Part shown: positions 1-10,100 of the stretch, in pieces
How the letters are laid out: each line of letters starts with the position of its first letter
Numbering within the stretch: the stretch's first letter is position 1
DNA from: Coleofasciculaceae cyanobacterium SM2_1_6
GTDB taxonomy: Bacteria; Cyanobacteriota; Cyanobacteriia; Cyanobacteriales; JAAUUE01
Reading direction: 5' to 3'
DNA length: 42,206 nt
Assembly (NCBI GenBank): GCA_012031635.1
Contig: JAAUUE010000001.1
Location: 1-42,206, forward strand
Position numbers and translations under genes: made by a program
The notes under the pieces: generated by a model
Told to the model about the DNA's origin: nothing
Database searches by the model: none
What the model saw: only the letters and a program-made list of their open reading frames with translations

Positions 1-371
1 CCTATCTATTCAGCAATTCTCCTTATGGCAAAACTACTCGATCGATGAAAGCTAGAAGCCTCATTCTATCATTCAGCAACTTGGACAAAAAAGCCTTTTT
101 AACCCCATTTTTTAGTTCGTATATTCTAAAATGAGAATTGCGGCTATCTATATAGTGCAATTTGACTTATAGACATTTTCATGGGTGAAGAAAGTATGCA
201 AAATAGTTTATTGTTATAGACAATTATGGCTTTTTTTAAGGTATCTGTCTCTAGTCATATTTACTTAGTATTCTATGATTTTTGCTGGCTATTTTCAACC
301 TTGATCGAGTCAGTAAAAATGCCAAATATGTACATCCCTAAATTTATTAGGAAGTATAGTAACCGCCAAGC

Positions 372-449
372 TGGTTAGGACAATTTTTGGAGTGGAACCC
401 CGGCGCTGCCGGGGTTCCACTCGACTACTACTATGGCAACGACTATAGT
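372..449 (-). repeat. Partial, divergent copy of small dispersed repeat family 2, carrying a perfect 33-nt hairpin at 390-422 (15-bp GC-rich stem, 3-nt loop)
   Basis: 432-446 tatggcaacgactat is the reverse complement of atagtcgttgccata, which opens the copies at 17519 and 24379. ttaggacaa at 375-383 mirrors ttgtcctaa of the 17.5-kb copy. The hairpin gagtggaaccccggc-gct-gccggggttccactc was read directly. Confidence 0.5.
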
Positions 450-519
450 ATCAATGGAAAATTATGTATGATCGCTATGGGCAAAATATACAGTCCACTA
501 CAGAATTCTCTAAGATGCT

Positions 520-2451
520 TTATTGATTGTTGTTATTGGTGAAAATTGGAATGGTAAAGTGGAAACTGCTGCCTTGGTCTTTGCCGGCGGAGTCTGCCCA
601 GATTTCGCCGCCCCAGCCCGTGACAATCTGCCGACAGATCGCTAGACCCAAGCCCGTGCCGCCCGTGGTTCTGCGGAGGGCACCTTCCTCTTGGTAGAAG
701 CGATCGAACACTGTCTCTAATTGGTTGCGTTCAATTCCCCTGCCCGTATCCGCCACCGTCACTTCCAGCATGATCCCGCCGTTAAACTCCGTCTGCACAC
801 TAATTTGCCCCTGGGGAGAAGTAAATTTACAGGCATTATCTAGAAGTTTGGTTAACACCTCCACTAACCATTCTCCGTCCGCTTGGACTGGGGGCAGGTT
901 TTCTGGTAATCGGGTGATAATCTGGGGTTGTTCTTGGCGTTCGTTGGAGCGGAGGCTACTGAGGGCAAGGTCTACACACTCTTGAATCGATAGCGGCTCT
1001 GGATGCCATTCCACCCGCCCACTTTCCAGCCGGGAGAGGGTTAAAAAATCCTGCACTAGTTTCCGCATTCTTTCTGAGTCCGTGAGGGCAGTTTTCAGCA
1101 TGATCTGCCGCATCTCTAGGGGCATATCCGGCTCCGCAGCTAGGCTTTCGAGGCAAACTTGGATCGTAGATAGAGGCGTGCGTAGTTCATGCCCAGTGAT
1201 GGCAACCAGGTTGCTCCGGGTGCGATCGAGGGCGGCTAGTTGTTGATTGAGATCTTCTAGATTACTATAGGCATCTGCTTGAATGAGACCAATGCCGATC
1301 TGGGTGGCGATCGCCTGCACGAGGCTAATCTCATCTTCTTGCCATTGATAGCTTTCGGCTCCGTAGTGATGCAACTCAATCATGCCCAGTAACTGACTTT
1401 GGTAGAGGACTGGCACCAACAGGCAGGAATGGGGCGGGAGAATTTTGGGAAACCAGCCCGGTATTGGTTCTGTTATTTCTGAAATCAATAAGGGTTCTAG
1501 CCCAGCATTTTGCCAATGGACATATTCTGTTAAATTCAGACTCAAGCCCTTCAGGGGTAATACCTGTGGGTTTTGGGGATCTTGGAGAAACTCATGGTTA
1601 ATTACCACCCGCCGATCGCTCGATCGACACTGATAGATCAAACATCGACAACTCCCCAAGGCTTGCCCCAACTCCTGCACCGCCACTTCCAGGATTTCTT
1701 CCGGGTTCAGACTGCGCCGGATCGCCGTGGTAATAAAATTTAACAACCGCTCTTTTTGTTCTTGGGCAGCAATGGAACGGTAGGCTTTGGTGAGCTTGTA
1801 TTGTCCCGCTTGCAGGTAGGTCACTAGTCTCTGGACAAAGGGGTCGGGATTGAGGGTTGCGGGGCTGGGCATAGGCTGCTGAGTTTGGGGGTTGCAGCAG
1901 GGAAGATGATTGACTTTGGCTTTGGCAATTTTCGCCGCTAGTTCAGGACGGTAAAGGAGAATCCGATCGAGCAACAGAGCCGCCGCTCGACAGCTAATGG
2001 TGCGATCGAAAGTCCAGATACCTTCAAAACTCCGGGTTGCATCCAGTTCCTCTGCCACCTCTGGGGTAGTTTCCCGCTCCTGACAAATAAGACAATAGGA
2101 ATAGTTTTTGCCAATTACCACTAAATGCCACTCCGAAGCTAGGGAATCTTCGGGGTCAAAGGCGATCGTCTCGTAATACTCCGAAGAATTACTAAACTCG
2201 GTTTCTGGAGCCGAGAGGATATAAACCTGATCCGTATGCTTGGCGATCGAGCGGTAACGATGGGCTTCTTGGCGATAAAAACGGGCCTGCTGAAAACTAG
2301 CGATCACTAAAGACTGGGTGTTAGCATCTGCTAAAACCTGATCCTCCATGGCGTGGGAAAGGGCTGTGAGCGAGGATTTGAAATATACCTGAATGTTTAG
2401 CTCAGGGAAGCTATGGAGTAAATCTGCCAGTAAAGAATTTTTAGTCATCAT
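520..2451 (-). CDS. Sensor histidine kinase: N-terminal DICT-like sensor, GAF, HisKA, HATPase_c
   Basis: Long ORF. H-box ITGHELRTPLSTI; ATP-binding boxes DTGRGI and [14 protein letters not shown]; GAF-like middle segment (LGSCRCLIYQC...LLVPVL...GMIELHH). The N-terminal ~130 aa resemble the DICT domain by eye only. The track start at 2457 is TTG; the first ATG is at 2451. Confidence 0.85.
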   Translation of the reverse strand: MMTKNSLLADLLHSFPELNIQVYFKSSLTALSHAMEDQVLADANTQSLVIASFQQARFYRQEAHRYRSIAKHTDQVYILSAPETEFSNSSEYYETIAFDPEDSLASEWHLVVIGKNYSYCLICQERETTPEVAEELDATRSFEGIWTFDRTISCRAAALLLDRILLYRPELAAKIAKAKVNHLPCCNPQTQQPMPSPATLNPDPFVQRLVTYLQAGQYKLTKAYRSIAAQEQKERLLNFITTAIRRSLNPEEILEVAVQELGQALGSCRCLIYQCRSSDRRVVINHEFLQDPQNPQVLPLKGLSLNLTEYVHWQNAGLEPLLISEITEPIPGWFPKILPPHSCLLVPVLYQSQLLGMIELHHYGAESYQWQEDEISLVQAIATQIGIGLIQADAYSNLEDLNQQLAALDRTRSNLVAITGHELRTPLSTIQVCLESLAAEPDMPLEMRQIMLKTALTDSERMRKLVQDFLTLSRLESGRVEWHPEPLSIQECVDLALSSLRSNERQEQPQIITRLPENLPPVQADGEWLVEVLTKLLDNACKFTSPQGQISVQTEFNGGIMLEVTVADTGRGIERNQLETVFDRFYQEEGALRRTTGGTGLGLAICRQIVTGWGGEIWADSAGKDQGSSFHFTIPIFTNNNNQ

Positions 2452-2548
2452 CAGCAACTAGCCGCCTGCTATTAAGAACTAGCATACAACAATCTGCGGA
2501 TCCTTAGTCACGGTTCATGACGCTTAACTATGCTTAATCTATGTTTAC

Positions 2549-3823
2549 TTAAGCAGGCAAGGTGATGATAAATTTAGTCCCAGTGCCTACGATAGAATCA
2601 ACTTCAATAGTCCCGCCATGTTTTTCTACCACAATCTGGCGAGCGATCGCCAAGCCTAGCCCCGTGCCTTTACCTACCCCTTTAGTTGTAAATAGATAGT
2701 TAAATATGCGAGCTTTTATTTCTGCCTGCATCCCCGAGCCATTATCGGCAATACAGATATGTAATTGTTTATTTACTAGGGAAGTATCAATCATGATTTG
2801 TTGGGGATTTGCCTGTAAATCCTCAGAGGGATTGTTTTCAGCCATCTCGTCAAACATATCGATCGCATTCACCATGATATTCATAAATACCTGATTTAGT
2901 TGACCGGGGAAACATTCGATCAAAGGCACTTCTCCGTAGTTTTTGATGATTTGAATTTCCGGTCTCATGTCATTAGCTTTGAGACGATATTTAAGAATTA
3001 AAATTGCGCTATCAATGCCATCATGGATATTAAAGGTAACTTTGCTAATACTGTCAGAGCGAGAGAAAATCCTCAGACTTTTACTAATGTCTTGGATACG
3101 ATCAAGCCCAGATTTCATTGACTTGACTAAGTTGGGCAAGTCTGTCCGCAGGTACTCAAAGTCGATCGTCTCCAGTTCTTCTTTAACTTCCGGGACTGGC
3201 TCTGGATAATGGGTCTGGTAAATATCAATGAGATTGATCAAATCCTTAATAAAGCCATCCGCATGGAAAAGATTACCGCCAATAAATCCCACGGGATTAT
3301 TAATTTCATGGGCAACCCCCGCCACCAGTTGTCCGAGGGCTGACATTTTTTCGCTCTGGATTAATTGCATTTGGGAGGCTTGCAGCTCGGCAGTTTTTTC
3401 GGCTACCTGTTGCTCTAGGGTCTGGGTTAGGTGCCGGAGTTGGAGATGGGTCTTCACCCGCGCCAAAACTTCCTGCTCCTGAAAGGGTTTAGTGACATAA
3501 TCCACGGCTCCCAAATCAAGGGCTTGGACTTTACTATTAATATCCGAGAGGGCTGTCATAAAAATCACTGGAATATCGGCGGTATTAGAGTTCGCCTTGA
3601 GGCGGCGGCAAGTTTCAAAACCATCGATGCCCGGCATCATCACATCCAGCAAGATCAAATCCGGCGGTTTCCGTTCTGCCTGTTGCAAAGCCCGTTCACC
3701 ATTGGTAGCGATCGCCACATCGAACCCCATGTCACTCAAAGCATCGGAAATCACATCCAGATTACTAGGAATATCGTCCACAATTAAAATTAATCCCGTC
3801 ACAACATTTGCCGCCATATTCAT
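2549..3823 (-). CDS. Receiver domain fused to histidine kinase (REC-HK)
   Basis: Receiver signature LILIVDD...DLILLDVMMPGIDGFE...TKP, followed by a coiled coil. H-box AGVAHEINNPVGFI; G-boxes DNGSGM and [18 protein letters not shown] start. Confidence 0.85.
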   Translation of the reverse strand: MNMAANVVTGLILIVDDIPSNLDVISDALSDMGFDVAIATNGERALQQAERKPPDLILLDVMMPGIDGFETCRRLKANSNTADIPVIFMTALSDINSKVQALDLGAVDYVTKPFQEQEVLARVKTHLQLRHLTQTLEQQVAEKTAELQASQMQLIQSEKMSALGQLVAGVAHEINNPVGFIGGNLFHADGFIKDLINLIDIYQTHYPEPVPEVKEELETIDFEYLRTDLPNLVKSMKSGLDRIQDISKSLRIFSRSDSISKVTFNIHDGIDSAILILKYRLKANDMRPEIQIIKNYGEVPLIECFPGQLNQVFMNIMVNAIDMFDEMAENNPSEDLQANPQQIMIDTSLVNKQLHICIADNGSGMQAEIKARIFNYLFTTKGVGKGTGLGLAIARQIVVEKHGGTIEVDSIVGTGTKFIITLPA

Positions 3824-3884
3824 TTTTCTCTTCTCCTAGGTAGTTTGTTCGATAATTTTTGAGAAAATTTTGACTATTGGAATT

Positions 3885-6731
3885 TTAAGAACTGTTTTTG
3901 GAATTGAGAGACTGTTGAAGAAACCCCTCAATTTTTTCTGATTGAAACTGTTTAGCTAGGTGGTTTAGATGATCAACAAAAGGTTGATATTTTTGATCTT
4001 GTGCCGCAATCTCCGCTCCTAATTGTGTTAGTTTTTTTAAGCGCCCTTGTTGAGCTAATTCAAGGAGTATTTGTAAATCCCCGGAGTCTGGGATAATTAA
4101 GTTATCCAAATCGGCAGATTCTGAGTTGATGGTAGATGCTGAAGACTCCTCTTCTTGGTAATCCCAAGTTAATTTTAGATGGCTGGCGAGAACATTAAAC
4201 AATTCTTGACTATGGACTGGTTTAGCAAGGAAATCATCTCCCCCAGCATCAAGGCTCATTTGTTGGTCTGCTTGGGAGACAGAAGCCGAAGAGACAATGA
4301 CAATTAAGTGCTGTAAATCTGCTGCTTGTCGGATTTCTTGTAACATTTCAAAGCCATCCATCACCGGCATTGCCAAATCTGTAATCACTAGGTCTGGTGG
4401 CAATTCCCGCATTTTCTCTAAGCCATCTTGACCGTGTTCTGCTTCATCTACGACGAAACCTAGGGGTTCTAATAGATTTACGACTACTGATCGATTCTCC
4501 CAGCGATCGTCCACAATCAAAATCCGTTTTCTCCCGCCCCTATAACCAACAATATTCCCGGCTTCACTGGTTTGCTGCTGAATCCAATCCACGGCTAAAG
4601 GCACATCTAGGGTAAAGAAAAATCTACTCCCCATCCCCAATTGACTAGTAACTTCAATTTTGCCGCCCATAAGCTGCACAATCTGTTGACTAATCGCCAG
4701 CCCCAGCCCCGTCCCTTCCGACTGCCGACTGCGATTGCCCACCTGTTCAAAGGCTCGGAATAATTTCCCGATTTCCGCCGGGGCAATGCCGACTCCTGTA
4801 TCAGTCACCGTAAACCGCAACCGGGCAAAGGGGATGGGATTTACCGGAGAATTATTTGCAGCATCGCTTGGAGAACTTGCTTGAGCCTGAGCATTAGTTA
4901 GAGAATTTACTTCAGAAATTACCTCGGAATTTGTTTGGGAATGATGGCTAGAGCTAGCCCTTGGGTCTAATTTCTCCACCCGGAAAGTTACAGTGCCTCG
5001 ATCGGTAAATTTGACGGCATTCCCCAACAGATTAATCAATACCTGTCTCAAGCGTTTTTCATCGACGACAATCCCGCCGGGTAAATCTGGGTCTGGTTCG
5101 TAGTGAAAATCAATACTTTTTTGTCTAGCTCGAATTTGGGAGATTTCCATCACTCCCCGCAAGATCGAGGGTAAATGGACGGCATTGGGAGAGAGTTCTA
5201 ACTTCCGGGCTTCAATTTTGGAGATATCCAGAATGTCATTGATGAGAGTCAATAGATGGGAGCCGCACTGATGGATGATATTCACGCCGTGCCGTTCTTT
5301 TTCAGGGATAGTTTTGGCTCTGCCGAGGATTTGGGCATAGCCGAGAATGCCGTTGAGGGGAGTCCGCAACTCGTGGCTCATGTTGGCAAGAAATTCACTT
5401 TTGGCTTGGTTGGCGTTGTCGGCTAGTTGCTTGGCGGATTGGAGTTCGAGGGTGCGCTCTGCCACTCGACTTTCGAGGTCTTCGTTGGATTTTTGCAGAG
5501 CCTTGAGGGAGTCTTTGAGTTGTTGGGTCATGCGATGGAAGGAGATGGCAAGGATATCCAGTTCATCGGCATTGGCGGGTATGGCTGAGATTCCAGAGGT
5601 TGCTTGCTCGGTATTGATCGCCCCGTTTTTGGAGTTGTCTATGGTAATTAATTGATTGCATTCCTCAATAACTGGCTGCAATCGTTTGTTTAGGCGGTGG
5701 ACAAACCAGATCACCACCAACACCAAAATAGTCCCCGCCCCCAAGGTTCCCCCCAAGGTGATCCCCAACACTGGCAACACCACTACATTTTGAGGAACTA
5801 CCGCAATCATGATCCAATCGGTGCTAGCAATGCGATCGTAGGCCCAAATATTTCCCGCCGCCTCAATGATCCCCGTAGGTTGTGCTTGGATCTGCGCCCA
5901 AATTTTTTGGAGGTCAGGAATACTCTGATATCCGGCTCTAGCTTTCGCTTTGGCAGGATCCGGGGGATAGCCGATCAGTTCCTTCTGTTGGTTAATAAGG
6001 ATAAAGTAACCCTGATTATTAAAGACTTCTTTGTCCAGTTGCCTACTGATCTCAGTGACATTTAAGTCGGCTACGGCATAACCCAAAATCTTGCCTTGGG
6101 CATTTCTAAAGGGATAAGAAAAGGATGCCATGGTGATCCCGTACCAGTCATAGGTCTGATTCCACGCTGGCTTACCTACACCAATTGCAAATTTATAATA
6201 TTCAAGGTCTGGATAAAACTCAACATCGATCACATCCAAGTAGCGGACATCGTTGTTGGGAGAGGGGAGACGTTTGCCTACCGAATTGGTACTGCCTTGA
6301 TCTACATAATAGTAAGGATAAAACCATTGACGATCGGGGAGAATCCCATATTCAGTTTGACCAAATCCTGAGCCGACGACGATCGGCGGACGCAGTTGGA
6401 AAAAATCAAAAGCTAGGGCTTCATAGTCCAACTCTGTGGTACTCGCTTGAGACTTTTTGATTTGAAAGTTAATAGCCGCTTGCATTCCTTCGACAAAAGT
6501 TTCTACTTCGACTAGCTGGTTTTCAATCCCTCGGACTTCAATTCTGAGGGTTTTTTGAATTTCACCCTTGGCTTGAGTATTAAGAACTTGGTAGACCAGA
6601 AATGACATAGCTCCAAGCCCAACAAAAGCCCCTGCCAGCACTGAAAGGAGGAGGCTGTTACCGATCGATCTTCCCAACACAGCCTGAGGAGGTTTACTTG
6701 ATCGAGTTTTGGCGATCGCTGGAGTCTGCAT
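3885..6731 (-). CDS. Membrane hybrid sensor kinase: TM, periplasmic Cache-like domain, TM, HAMP/coiled coil, HisKA, HATPase_c, REC, C-terminal helical tail
   Basis: Two hydrophobic segments ([21 protein letters not shown]; [27 protein letters not shown]) bracket ~270 aa. H-box [19 protein letters not shown]; DTGVGI; [13 protein letters not shown]. Receiver ILIVDD...[16 protein letters not shown]...AKP. Confidence 0.85.
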   Translation of the reverse strand: MQTPAIAKTRSSKPPQAVLGRSIGNSLLLSVLAGAFVGLGAMSFLVYQVLNTQAKGEIQKTLRIEVRGIENQLVEVETFVEGMQAAINFQIKKSQASTTELDYEALAFDFFQLRPPIVVGSGFGQTEYGILPDRQWFYPYYYVDQGSTNSVGKRLPSPNNDVRYLDVIDVEFYPDLEYYKFAIGVGKPAWNQTYDWYGITMASFSYPFRNAQGKILGYAVADLNVTEISRQLDKEVFNNQGYFILINQQKELIGYPPDPAKAKARAGYQSIPDLQKIWAQIQAQPTGIIEAAGNIWAYDRIASTDWIMIAVVPQNVVVLPVLGITLGGTLGAGTILVLVVIWFVHRLNKRLQPVIEECNQLITIDNSKNGAINTEQATSGISAIPANADELDILAISFHRMTQQLKDSLKALQKSNEDLESRVAERTLELQSAKQLADNANQAKSEFLANMSHELRTPLNGILGYAQILGRAKTIPEKERHGVNIIHQCGSHLLTLINDILDISKIEARKLELSPNAVHLPSILRGVMEISQIRARQKSIDFHYEPDPDLPGGIVVDEKRLRQVLINLLGNAVKFTDRGTVTFRVEKLDPRASSSHHSQTNSEVISEVNSLTNAQAQASSPSDAANNSPVNPIPFARLRFTVTDTGVGIAPAEIGKLFRAFEQVGNRSRQSEGTGLGLAISQQIVQLMGGKIEVTSQLGMGSRFFFTLDVPLAVDWIQQQTSEAGNIVGYRGGRKRILIVDDRWENRSVVVNLLEPLGFVVDEAEHGQDGLEKMRELPPDLVITDLAMPVMDGFEMLQEIRQAADLQHLIVIVSSASVSQADQQMSLDAGGDDFLAKPVHSQELFNVLASHLKLTWDYQEEESSASTINSESADLDNLIIPDSGDLQILLELAQQGRLKKLTQLGAEIAAQDQKYQPFVDHLNHLAKQFQSEKIEGFLQQSLNSKNSS

Positions 6732-7139
6732 AATAATTCCTAAGATTTTTCAATGATTTGCAAACAGCTACTAGACTGCAACTCCTGACCCTAGATTACT
6801 CTGCTAAAACTATTTCAGTTTTGAGAGTGAAAAAGATTTGACCCCAAATTTAGTTCAATAATTACACAAAGCCCTTAAAACTCAAGACGAATCACTAGAG
6901 TCAATAGTCCTAGACTTTAGTGTATTTATAACACAAAATTCCTTGATTAATTCAGTAGTAAATTCTACATATCGGCTAATTTTTTTGGGAAGCAACGTCT
7001 TGATAAAAACAGGATATGAATAGGTTATGAAAAGTTTAAGAATTAATCAAGAAAAGTATAAATAATAGGAGCCTATGACCATGGATGTAATTCAAAGACT
7101 AGATTAGCTATGATTAATTCTTGGGAGTGCGGAAATTAC

Positions 7140-10100
7140 TTAAATCGTTAGGTTTTTAATCGGCAGATTGATGATAAATTCTGTCCCCCTACCTAGTTCA
7201 GATTTAACTTGAATCTTTCCGTGGTGTTTTTCTACGACAACTTGTTGAGCGATCGCTAATCCCAAACCAGTTCCTTTGCCAACCCCTTTAGTAGTAAATA
7301 AATCATCAAATATTTTCGCTCGAACTGCTTCACTCATTCCGGCTCCATTATCTCGGATGTAGATTATTGCCTGAGTTTGCGATCGAGTTTGTGGCTTATT
7401 CAACAATTCATTGGGCAATTCATTGGGCAATTCATTGGGCAAGTTATCTCCTGATTGATGTGGTAGTTGATCATGGGTTAAATCAGAAAAATTAGCTACT
7501 TCTGTTCTCACAGTAATTTGATTAGGAGCAGCTTGGATATCGAAATAACTCCGCCCTACATTTGCTTCCTCAAGGGCATCGATCGCATTAGCCAAAATAT
7601 TCATAAATACTTGGTTCAACTGTCCCGCATAACATTCTATCTGGGGTAAGTCGCCATAATCTTTGATCACCTGAATTTCTGGACGAGTTTCATTGGCTTT
7701 GAGGCGATGCTTCAGAATCATGATCGTGCTATCAATCCCATCATGAATATTGCACTTGATTGGTCGATCGCTATCCGCCCGAGAAAAAGTCCGCAGACTA
7801 TTACTAATATCTTGAATTCGCTTCACTCCTTCCCGCATCGAACCAACTAACTTTGGTAAATCTTCCCGGATATAATCTAAATCAATAGTCTCTATTTCTG
7901 CTTGAATTTCTGGATCAGTCTGGGGATATTTTGCTTCGTACAAATCTACTAAACCCAATACATCATTAATGTAGTCTAGGGCGGGTTGAATATTCCCACT
8001 CAAAAAGCCGATGGGATTATTAATTTCGTGGGCAATCCCCGCTACTAAATTTCCCAGAGCCGACATTTTTTCACTTTGCACAATGGTTAATTGGGCTTGC
8101 TTTAGATCAGAAAAAGCCTGCTGCACAGATTGATATAAACGAACATTTTCTAAGGAAATTGCAGCTTGGGCAGAAATCAAATTTAAGATTTCAATCCGAT
8201 TACTAGTAAAAACTCCTGTTGTTAAATCATTTTCTAAATACAAAACTCCAATCAAATTTCCTTGACTAAGTACTGGGCTACAGATCACGCTTCTGGGTTG
8301 GTGTTCTTGGAGATAAATATCTGTGGCAAAATAGGGAGAAATACAGGCATCAGTGAGGACGATCGGCTGCTTACTTCGCTTTACATTGTTAACTAAACTA
8401 ATAGCTACATCTTGGCTTAATTCCAAGGGAATGGATGGCAAAAGTTGGGGGGATTGACCTTCTTTGACTAGGGCGACAACTTCAAGTCCCAGACTTTGTT
8501 TGAGGAGAAGTGCACACTTGGTTGCCCCAGCATTGGCAATGAGAATTTCTAAAACAGTGGTCAGGAGTTGATCAAGTTCGATCTCCCCAGAAATTGCTTG
8601 GGAAGCCTTGAGGAGAGTTGCCAAATCAAGGGATTCCGAAATGCTCGTAGAGGTTTGGACGAAAGCGATCGTCTCTTGGGAAATCGTATCTTGACTGGTA
8701 ATTTCTCTCAGCACATCCGCCGTACGCACCTGTTGCAGGATGGGCATTAGTAACTGAGGATAGCGACTTTCTAGGTCTATAACTTTGGCTTTGGCTCCCC
8801 AGTGAATATAGCAATAATAAGCCTCTTGCATATAACCCGCTGCTACCTTATCTTTATCCCACTCTAGATAAAACTTTGCTGCCAGTTCATTAGCTAGAGC
8901 TTCTTCTTGGATATATTTATTAGTTTTGGCAATGGCTATAGCTCGATCGTAGTTTTCAATAGCTGCTAGTTTGTCTCCTGAAACCCTTGCCATTTCTGCG
9001 GCGACTAAACAACTTAAATGTTGAAAATTAACCGGATTATTTTTTGCCCATAGTTCTAGCAATTGTTGGTAATCAGAAATTTTTTGCCAAGAACTTAACT
9101 GTTCCTCGATCGACAAGTTTGGATAGCGAGCTAAGAGTAATAGTGGGTAAATAAAACAGTGATGAACGTAGGGCATTAATCCTTGGGGAGCAACGTTAAC
9201 AATTTCCTGCTCAGCCTGTCGCCCGTACTGAAAAGCAGCTTCAATTTGCTCAAAAAAGAAAAGTAGTTGACTTTTGAAGATATTATAAATACAAATTACT
9301 TGCCAATTTTTATGTTGATGGCACTGCTCTAGATAGGTGGATTCTTGGAGATAAAAATCAATCCCTATATATTTACTAATAATTATTTGTCCACCCCAAA
9401 ATAGATCGATCGCCCACTGGTTTTTATATTTTTGGCTAAAAGTTAGAGATTCACTAATTTCAATCAACAATTGTTCAAGGGGAATACTTTGATAAAATCG
9501 ACAGTACATATTATGCCCAAAAGCATAGGCTGCATACTGCAAATTACTCGACTCTAAACCGATTTGATAAGAGACAAGATAATCTTCTGTTGCTTTCGAG
9601 AGGGGATGAGACCAGTGACGCAGAGAGCTACCAATCATCAGATACGCGACACTTTCTGCCGACTTATTATTAAATCCTTGGATTAACTGGAGCGTCACCT
9701 GCAAGAGTTCTTCCGTATTTTGATAATTATTTAACGCATAGCCCCGCAGACTTCCAAGCGCAGGATAAATATAGCCAATCTCTGGCGTATTGCCATACTG
9801 CAAGCATAAATTAATTGCTTTAGTACAAATAACTGACCATAGTTTTTGATGAGAACGATAGGTCGGCGGTCCCATACTAATTAGGAGCTTGATTGCCATT
9901 TTCTGCTCTGGTTGCGTCATGATTGGCAAGTTAGCTAAATCACTAAAGGAACGACCTTGCATGGTTTCTTGAATAACTGCTAATTCTCGATCTCGTACTA
10001 TTTCCAAATCTACTTCTGGCAAATCTACATTTACTAAGGCAAGCCCTTGGCGACCTGCTTGAATCGCTTCTGGATAATTAGCCTGGAGAGTGTGCTGGAG

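Noticed and set aside
390-422. Calling the perfect hairpin a rho-independent terminator for the kinase operon.
   Set aside because: No U tract follows it on either strand, and it is embedded in a dispersed repeat.
725-985. Short ORFs from the track that lie antisense to or out of frame within the long kinase, RND, radical SAM, SNF2 and cyclase genes. Examples: 725-985, 956-1156, 3431-3787, 5697-6065, 16155-16475, 20848-21093, 22293-22652, 30732-31118, 36048-36518, 40644-40997, 41647-42063.
   Set aside because: Each is fully embedded in a much longer ORF that has clear domain signatures. Their translations are low-complexity (Arg/Ser/Pro-rich) and show no recognisable motif or plausible start context.
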